IMG/VR virus record: IMGVR_UViG_3300035698_034156
Strand: one strand, 5' to 3'
Source: an uncultured virus (IMG/VR IMGVR_UViG_3300035698_034156)
Taxonomy: Duplodnaviria > Heunggongvirae > Uroviricota > Caudoviricetes
Length of the DNA: 64,000 nucleotides
The notes beneath the pieces are model-generated. The model saw nothing but the letters and a program-made list of their open reading frames with translations. It was not told the origin of the DNA and did not search any database. The position numbers were made by a program, and so were the translations under genes. The stretch's first letter is position 1. Each line of letters starts with the position of its first letter. Below are positions 56,717-64,000 of this stretch, in pieces.

Positions 56717-59700
56717 AAAATTACTAATTGTGATAATATTCCTATGCTTAGGGCAAGGAGTTTTCGGGGCAAAATTTGTTGATGTTACGGAAACAGATAC
56801 TCATTATAGCTTTGATGTTTTGAATCACAAAAATGAGGTTCAAAAAGACACTTTTGAATTAGAAATTTCTGACGAAAAACATTCTTTAAAAATTAAGTAT
56901 GTTGAAGCTGAAGGCAACGGAAAAAGGGTTAAAAAAGACAAAAAGTTAAGCAAAGAAATTTCAAAGGGAAAAATTGAAGTGTTTTCTTTGTTTGATTATT
57001 CTATGGATAACAAAAATTATATACGAACTTCTATGTTGCCAAAACTTTGGGGTATTACTCCTGAGAAGGATGGTGTGGAGTACGCTCTTGTATTGAATGA
57101 ATACAATGGAAATATGTTTGAGTTCGAATTAGGTTTTGAAAACTTGTTGTATGAAGTTAAAGACAATAAAGTTAAGTTTCGCCCATTAATTAAGGAAGAC
57201 ATTGGCTTCGGGGAAAAGTATACAGTAGAAACCCCTTTTGTGATTGATGCGGTTGGTGATAAAATTGAAGCGCAATTAAGTTTTGATGGAGTTAAACTAA
57301 CGATTACTGCTGATGATGAATGGTTGAAGAACGCTGTTTATCCGATTGTAGTTGACCCAGAAATTACTTACGGTTCTGGATATGTTTTCAGTGATGAGGA
57401 CGTGTGTGAGGACAATGATTGCGCTGTAGATTTTCCTTTTGTTTCTATGTTAGATTCAACTCATTTTGTTGCAGCATATGTTAATGGTAAAAATATGTAT
57501 GGAACTGTTATAATTGGAACTGTTTCAAATGGGGATGAGATTACTTATGGTTTAGAATATGTATTCCATCCAGGAAACGGAAGCACAACAAATATCTCTG
57601 TTTCTTTGTTAGATTCCACACATTTTGTAATTACATATCAAGATTCTGGAAATTCAGGTTATGGAACTGCTATTATTGGAACGGTTTCAAATGATGATGA
57701 AATTGCTTTCGGTTCAGAATATGTATTCAATGAAGCATGCACATCCGAAACTTCTGTTTCTTTGTTAGATTCCACACATTTTGTAGTAGCATATAGAGGG
57801 GGTTCTGATTATGGAACTGCCGTCATCGGAACTGTTTCAAGTGGTAATGAAATTGCTTTCGGTTCAGAATATGTATTCAATGAAGCAGGCACATCCGAAA
57901 CTTCTGTTTCTTTGTTGGATTCCACACATTTTGTAGTTGGATTTAAAGACGATGGAGGAGACGATTATGGAATAGCAATGATTGGAACTATTTCAGATTG
58001 GAATTCAATCGCTTACGGTGCAGAATATGTATTTAATTCCTATAATTCGTGGTCTATTTCAGTTTCTTCACTTGATTCAACCCATTTCATAGCAACATAT
58101 TATGGGAACACTGGTATAGGAACTGGTGTGATTGGAACTGTTACTGGTAATTCAATCGCTTACGGTTTAGAATATATATTCAATTTCTATACCTCAAGTT
58201 ATATTTCAGTTTCTTCAATTGATTCAACCCATTTTATAGTAGCATATCAAGATGAAGGTAATTCATTGACAGATTATGGAACTGCTAATATTGGAACGGT
58301 TTTAAACGGAAATAAAATTAGTTACGGTAATAAATATGTTTTCAATGAATCAATGACAACTAGGATTTCAACTTCTGTTTTAGATTCTAATCATTTTGCA
58401 GTGTTATACAGACCAGTAGATGTGAATGGGTTTGTTAGTATTGCAACATTTTTAGTGAATATCTCTCCCGCTCCTACAATGGTTTCTGTGGATTTGAACG
58501 AGTATTATGGAAAAACTGGTGACACAATAAAGATTACTGCTAACACTCCAGCCGACCCAAACAGTGATGAACTGAGTTTGTATTGTCATACTTCAACTGG
58601 AGCAAGTTCGGACAACCACGATTTCTGCGAGGACACAGGTAACGCTTCGCCTTACTCTGATGTTTCGTGTGTTGGAACTGCTGTCGCAGGTGATTCAAAC
58701 AGCACAATTTACTGTGTTTTATATGACGGCACTTTTGATTCTAATGAATACTCGGATGTTTACGCTTCAGATAATACCAAGCCGTCGACTTCTTTTACTC
58801 AAGTGAACGGAACAACTGGTTGGAACGCTGGTAATGTTGATTTTAATTTGAGTTGCAGTGACGCTGGAAGTGGTTGTGTTTCTACCAGTTATAGGATTGA
58901 TAGTGGGAGTTGGATTAATTACACTACTGATGTAACGATTTCAATTGATGGAAACCATCAAATAGATTACAATTCAACTGACTTAGCGGAAAATGTAGAA
59001 ACTACAAATACTGATTGGATAGCTATTGACAATATACCTCCAATCACGACAGATGATTCAGACATATGGCTAACAATACCGTATTATTTCACTTTAACAC
59101 CTAGCGATTTAAATTCAGGTGTTGCCTCAACAGCGTTTAGAGTTGATTCAGGTGATTGGAATGTCAATACAATTGTTTGGGTTTTAATAGATGGAAATTA
59201 TCAGGTAGATTATAATTCAACAGATGTATTAGGAAATGTTGAAACTACTAACACTATTTGGACAGCTTTAGATTCAGTTAAACCAATAACAACTGCAACA
59301 GGTTTTACTTCTTACGATTGGAATGCTTCTTCAATTAATGTAGTATTAAGTTGTGCGGATACAACTTCAGGTTGTAATTCAACCAAATATAGGCTTGATA
59401 CAGATTCAAGTTCAAGTGTAAGTTATGGTTCTTGGACTGAATACACTACTCCAATTGCAATGCCAACAGATGGAAACTGGGCGATTGATTATAATTCAAC
59501 AGATAATGCTACTAATATAGAAACGACAAATATAGAGTATGCTTTACAGGACACAACATACCCAGTGACAATAATCACAGATTATAATATTGGTTGGCAA
59601 TCAGACCAAAATGTAATTCTTTCATGTTTAGATTCAAATAGCGGTTGTTTAATCACAAAATATAGAATTGACTCTGGAAGTTGGATTGAATTTGATTCAA

Positions 59701-62700
59701 GCATTTTATTCCAAGACGGCAATAAACAACTTGACTACAACAGCACAGACAATGCTGGGTTAGTTGAAACAACTAATATAACATGGGTTGCTGTGGATAA
59801 AAATGCTCCAAGTGTAGGAGTAACAACTCTCACAGGATTCACAACTTACACCACTTACATTAAAGGAACAGGAACAATTCTCGGCGGAACAGCAACAGAT
59901 GGAACAGGAAACAATAGTGGATTAGACACTGCAACTTGTGAGTATTCAACTGATAACGGTGGAAGTTGGATTGCTGGCGCGTGGAACACTGACCATTGTG
60001 AAAAAACATCATTTGAAATAACTGACACAACAAGCTATACAGGATTTAATACTAGAATAAAAGATAATGTAGCTAATCAAGGTACTGGAACAGCAACAGG
60101 AGCTTACACAGGAGACATCGCGGCTCCGACAGGTGGGAGTATTGTAATAGATGATGGCTGGTATACCAGTGATTCAACTCCTGCGTTAACAATTTCTGCA
60201 ACTGATGTTGGAAGCGGAATGAAAGGAATGTCTTTTTCATGTGATGACGCTGATTGGAGTGAGTGGGTTGGTTATGGTACTTCTTATTCCTCTTTTAATA
60301 TAGAAAGTGGCGCTGGGTGTGGTGCTGGTGATGGGAACATTAGTGTTTACATAAAATTCAGAGATAACCTTGACACAGAAAGCGCAAGCACAAACGATAC
60401 AACATATTATGATACAACAGCTCCAACAACAACAGATGACCATCCAGAAGGTTATCAATCAAGTGCTTTTTATTTCACTTTAACTCCTTCAGACAGTGAA
60501 GGTTCAGGTATTGCTTCAACAGCATTTAGAGTTGACAGTGGTGATTGGAATGCTAATGCAATAGTTTGGATTACAATAGACGGAAATTATCAAATAGATT
60601 ACAATTCAACAGATAACTTAGGACAAGTTGAAACCACAAACACAATATGGGCTTCAATGCAATCAAATACATCTCCTCATGATGTTAACTTTGTTTCTCC
60701 GACAGCAGACGGAAACTACATTCAAGGTAGTTCGACTTGGCGTTTTTGGTTTGATGTGATGGATGCGGATAATAACTCGCTTTTGATTGACTTAAATTAT
60801 GGTTTAACCGAAACTTTCGGTGGAACACAAATTTTAGGCGATATGAATACAACTGGTGAAGATATTACTTGTGAAGATTCTGATTTTTCTGAGCCAACAA
60901 CATGTTACTATGATTGGAGTGTTCCAGCGTTGGACAATAATTATTATTTTTCAATCATTGCCAAAGATGGAGACTATGGAGACCTTAACTCGGATGTAAA
61001 ATTTTCTTCAAGTGTGATGATTGATTCAATCAAACCAACTACAACGGATAATTCTGACACAAGTTGGCATGATAGTGACCAAACAATTACTCTTACTCCG
61101 ATTGATGTTGGAAGTGGGATTTCTGACACGCTTTATTGTGTTGATGATTTAAACTCTTGCACGCCTATTAATTCTGGAACAAGTGTTAGCGTAACTTCTG
61201 GTGCAAACGACATTAATTCTTCGTATGTTAGGTATTATTCGATTGATAGAGTAGGAAATAATGGAGAAATAACTTCAAGTAATTTTGTGAAAATAGACAA
61301 GCAAAATCCAACAGCCAGCGATAACTCAGATGCAGACTGGCACGTTGATAATCAATCAATTACGATAACTCCAAGTGATAGTAGTGGTTCAGGAATAGCA
61401 AGCACTTTGTATTGTCAGGACATCGCAGGGACTTGCACCCCAGTTAATTCTGGAACTAGTGTTACTACAATTTGTGCTGATGGGGATGTAAACCAACAAT
61501 ATATTCGTTACATCACAACAGATAACGTTTCAAATGTTTCAACAACTTACACTTCTGAACTAATAAAGATTGACCGAGAAGACCCAACAGTTGGAGTAAC
61601 AACTCTTACAGGATTTACAACATACACCACTTACATCAAGGGAACAGGAACTATTTTGGGTGGCGAAGCTTCAGATGGTTCGGGTTTAGGTTTGGACACT
61701 GTGACTTGTGAGTATTCAACTGATAACGGTGGTTCGTGGAGTTCTGGCGCATGGAACACTGACCACTGTGAAAAAACAGCGTTTACAATAACTGACACGA
61801 CAAGTTATACTGGATTTAATACTCGAATAAAAGACAATGTTGCTAATCAGGGAACTGGAACTGCAACAGGGGCTTATACAGGAGACACCGCTTCACCAAC
61901 GGGGGGTAGTATTGTAATAACTGACTCTTCTGGATATACAAAAGATACAACGCCTGCTTTAATTTTGAATGCTAGTGACGCTGGAAGTGGAATGAAGGAA
62001 ATGGCGTTTTCTTGTGATAATGCTTCGTGGAGTGGGTGGGAATCATACAATACTTCGTTTTCAAATTTCAACTTTGAAACTGGTGCTGGTTGTAGTGCTG
62101 GAGATGGTTCTAAAACTATTTATGTAAAATACAGAGATAATCTTGACACTGAAAGTTCGAGTGTGAATGACTCAACATATTATGACACGACTGCGCCATC
62201 TACTTCTGATAACCATGTTGAGGGTTGGCAGACCGTTGGTTTTAGTTTTACTTTGACTCCGAGTGACGGTTCGGGTTCTGGCATTGCGTCTACTGCGTTC
62301 CGTGTGGATGGTGGGGATTGGAATGCTAACATGATTGTTTGGGTTGTTGCAGATGGAAATTATCAGGTAGATTATAACTCAACTGATAATCTTGGGAACG
62401 CGGAAATTACTAATACTATCTGGGCTTCGCTTGATTCAACTGCGCCAACTACAACAATCATTGATTATAATGCTGATTGGCAGTCAACAGACCAGAATGT
62501 TATTTTGTCTTGTTCAGATACAACATCAGGTTGTGTAACAACAAGTTACAGAATTGACTCTGGAGCATGGCAAGCATTCAGTTCAAGTATTTTGTTCACT
62601 GACGGCAACAAACAACTTGACTATAATTCAACAGACAATGTTGAAAACGTGGAAACAACAAACACCACTTGGGTTGCAGTTGACAAAAATTCTCCAACAG

Positions 62701-64000
62701 CTTCAGACGATTCCGATACAGATTGGCACGGAAACAACATCACTATTACGATTACTCCGACTGATGGTTCAGGTGGTTCAGGTGTAAATTTCACTAAGTG
62801 GTGTCAGGACACTGCTGGAACTTGCACGCCTTCGATTACTGGTGTTTCAGTTGTAACTATTTGTGCAGATGACGATATTAACTCACAATATGTTAGATAT
62901 CAAGTAACTGATAATGTAGGGAATACATCATCAATTTATACTTCTGAACTAATAAAGATTGACCGAGAAGACCCAACATCAACAGATGACGCCACTACAA
63001 CATGGTTTAATTCAAATCAAACTATTATAATTACTCCTGATGATGCAAGTGGTTCAGGTGTTGCGTCAACATTGTGGTGTCAGGACACAACAGGTAACTG
63101 CACACCAATGAATATTGGAACATCAGCTTTGACAATTTGTGTTGATGGAGATGTGAATACTCAATATGTTAGATATAAAATAACTGATAATGCATCTAAT
63201 ACATCAGGAATTTACACTTCTGATAAAATATCAATTGACCGAGAAGACCCAACAACAACAATAACTGATTACAATGCAGGATGGCAACCAAGAGACCAAA
63301 ACATTATTCTAAGTTGTAGTGATGGAACAGGCTCAGCTTGTGATATAACAAAATATAGAATTGATTCAGGAGCGTGGATTGAGTTTTCATCAAATATTCT
63401 TTTCATTGACGGAAATAAACAACTTGACTACAACTCAACTGACACAGCTTCAAATATCGAAACTATGAATACGGTTTGGGTTGCAGTTGACAAAAATTCT
63501 CCAACAGCTTCAGACGATTCCGATACAGATTGGCACGGAAACAACATCACTATTACGATTACTCCGAATGGTTCAGGTGGTTCAGGTATTGCTTCGACTG
63601 TATGGTGTCAAGATACATCTGGAACTTGTACTCCGACTAATACTGGAACAAGCGCTGTAAGTATATGTGCTGATGGAGATGTTAACTCACAGTATGTTAG
63701 ATATCAAGTAACAGATAATGCAGGAAATGATTCTTCAATTTATACTTCAAAATTAATTAAAATTGATAGAGAAGACCCAACAGCAACAGATAATTCTGAT
63801 ATAAGTTGGCATTCAGATAATGTTACAATAACAATAACGCCGACAGACGGAAGTGGTTCTGGAGCAGATGTTAATTTGTGGTGTCAGGACACGGCTGGAA
63901 CTTGTACACCTGTTATTGCAGGAACTTCTGTTACAACAGTTTGTGTAGATGGGGATGTAAACCAACAATATGTTAGATATCAAATAACTGATAGTATTGG
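56709..64000 (+). CDS. giant repetitive adhesin/surface protein (partial, >2400 codons): YPIVVDP N-domain, seven-blade propeller, many Ig-like repeats
   Basis: Absent from the ORF track, consistent with no stop in the window. The frame reads cleanly at all spot checks through QQYVRYQITDSI at the end. Signal NKKLLIVIIFLCLGQGVFGA, 7x DS(T/N)HF, repeated DGNxQxDYNSTD. Confidence 0.9.
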   Translation, partial: MNKKLLIVIIFLCLGQGVFGAKFVDVTETDTHYSFDVLNHKNEVQKDTFELEISDEKHSLKIKYVEAEGNGKRVKKDKKLSKEISKGKIEVFSLFDYSMDNKNYIRTSMLPKLWGITPEKDGVEYALVLNEYNGNMFEFELGFENLLYEVKDNKVKFRPLIKEDIGFGEKYTVETPFVIDAVGDKIEAQLSFDGVKLTITADDEWLKNAVYPIVVDPEITYGSGYVFSDEDVCEDNDCAVDFPFVSMLDSTHFVAAYVNGKNMYGTVIIGTVSNGDEITYGLEYVFHPGNGSTTNISVSLLDSTHFVITYQDSGNSGYGTAIIGTVSNDDEIAFGSEYVFNEACTSETSVSLLDSTHFVVAYRGGSDYGTAVIGTVSSGNEIAFGSEYVFNEAGTSETSVSLLDSTHFVVGFKDDGGDDYGIAMIGTISDWNSIAYGAEYVFNSYNSWSISVSSLDSTHFIATYYGNTGIGTGVIGTVTGNSIAYGLEYIFNFYTSSYISVSSIDSTHFIVAYQDEGNSLTDYGTANIGTVLNGNKISYGNKYVFNESMTTRISTSVLDSNHFAVLYRPVDVNGFVSIATFLVNISPAPTMVSVDLNEYYGKTGDTIKITANTPADPNSDELSLYCHTSTGASSDNHDFCEDTGNASPYSDVSCVGTAVAGDSNSTIYCVLYDGTFDSNEYSDVYASDNTKPSTSFTQVNGTTGWNAGNVDFNLSCSDAGSGCVSTSYRIDSGSWINYTTDVTISIDGNHQIDYNSTDLAENVETTNTDWIAIDNIPPITTDDSDIWLTIPYYFTLTPSDLNSGVASTAFRVDSGDWNVNTIVWVLIDGNYQVDYNSTDVLGNVETTNTIWTALDSVKPITTATGFTSYDWNASSINVVLSCADTTSGCNSTKYRLDTDSSSSVSYGSWTEYTTPIAMPTDGNWAIDYNSTDNATNIETTNIEYALQDTTYPVTIITDYNIGWQSDQNVILSCLDSNSGCLITKYRIDSGSWIEFDSSILFQDGNKQLDYNSTDNAGLVETTNITWVAVDKNAPSVGVTTLTGFTTYTTYIKGTGTILGGTATDGTGNNSGLDTATCEYSTDNGGSWIAGAWNTDHCEKTSFEITDTTSYTGFNTRIKDNVANQGTGTATGAYTGDIAAPTGGSIVIDDGWYTSDSTPALTISATDVGSGMKGMSFSCDDADWSEWVGYGTSYSSFNIESGAGCGAGDGNISVYIKFRDNLDTESASTNDTTYYDTTAPTTTDDHPEGYQSSAFYFTLTPSDSEGSGIASTAFRVDSGDWNANAIVWITIDGNYQIDYNSTDNLGQVETTNTIWASMQSNTSPHDVNFVSPTADGNYIQGSSTWRFWFDVMDADNNSLLIDLNYGLTETFGGTQILGDMNTTGEDITCEDSDFSEPTTCYYDWSVPALDNNYYFSIIAKDGDYGDLNSDVKFSSSVMIDSIKPTTTDNSDTSWHDSDQTITLTPIDVGSGISDTLYCVDDLNSCTPINSGTSVSVTSGANDINSSYVRYYSIDRVGNNGEITSSNFVKIDKQNPTASDNSDADWHVDNQSITITPSDSSGSGIASTLYCQDIAGTCTPVNSGTSVTTICADGDVNQQYIRYITTDNVSNVSTTYTSELIKIDREDPTVGVTTLTGFTTYTTYIKGTGTILGGEASDGSGLGLDTVTCEYSTDNGGSWSSGAWNTDHCEKTAFTITDTTSYTGFNTRIKDNVANQGTGTATGAYTGDTASPTGGSIVITDSSGYTKDTTPALILNASDAGSGMKEMAFSCDNASWSGWESYNTSFSNFNFETGAGCSAGDGSKTIYVKYRDNLDTESSSVNDSTYYDTTAPSTSDNHVEGWQTVGFSFTLTPSDGSGSGIASTAFRVDGGDWNANMIVWVVADGNYQVDYNSTDNLGNAEITNTIWASLDSTAPTTTIIDYNADWQSTDQNVILSCSDTTSGCVTTSYRIDSGAWQAFSSSILFTDGNKQLDYNSTDNVENVETTNTTWVAVDKNSPTASDDSDTDWHGNNITITITPTDGSGGSGVNFTKWCQDTAGTCTPSITGVSVVTICADDDINSQYVRYQVTDNVGNTSSIYTSELIKIDREDPTSTDDATTTWFNSNQTIIITPDDASGSGVASTLWCQDTTGNCTPMNIGTSALTICVDGDVNTQYVRYKITDNASNTSGIYTSDKISIDREDPTTTITDYNAGWQPRDQNIILSCSDGTGSACDITKYRIDSGAWIEFSSNILFIDGNKQLDYNSTDTASNIETMNTVWVAVDKNSPTASDDSDTDWHGNNITITITPNGSGGSGIASTVWCQDTSGTCTPTNTGTSAVSICADGDVNSQYVRYQVTDNAGNDSSIYTSKLIKIDREDPTATDNSDISWHSDNVTITITPTDGSGSGADVNLWCQDTAGTCTPVIAGTSVTTVCVDGDVNQQYVRYQITDSI

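Noticed and set aside
57360..64000. Adhesin repeats as DGR template/variable repeats
   Set aside because: No reverse transcriptase in the window; differences look synonymous rather than adenine-specific, and both copies are coding
1..64000. Head-tail virus module, integrase, rRNA/tRNA, or alternative genetic code
   Set aside because: No terminase, portal, HK97 capsid, recombinase or RNA gene recognised; genes are full length under the standard code and all three stops are used

Overview
AT-rich archaeal extrachromosomal or integrated element (large enveloped virus or fusion-driven mobile element, host probably DPANN by inference). No rRNA, tRNA, CRISPR or core translation genes were seen. 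Two arms are transcribed divergently from a ~650-bp palindrome-rich candidate origin (34343-35007). The left arm (minus strand) carries an MCM-like P-loop ATPase cut by the window edge, PCNA, AbrB-like regulators and small CxxC proteins. It also holds a large glycan locus: GT2, GT4 and GT-C glycosyltransferases, a flippase, two epimerases, five methyltransferases, a formyltransferase, a carbamoyltransferase, and a complete transaldolase-GmhA-HddA-HddC/GmhB GDP-heptose route. A solo tnpB element there appears to have inserted exactly at a start codon and to restore translation of the interrupted gene. The right arm (plus strand) is an envelope/surface module: a HerA/FtsK-type ATPase with a LAGLIDADG intein in Walker A, a probable major structural protein, a protein resembling the archaeal HAP2/GCS1-class fusexin Fsx1 (43690-45525), many membrane proteins, a CPBP protease, a 14-residue-repeat coiled-coil stalk protein, a Sec11-type signal peptidase, and a >2400-codon adhesin running off the window end. 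All family calls come from motif reading and recall, not from searches.
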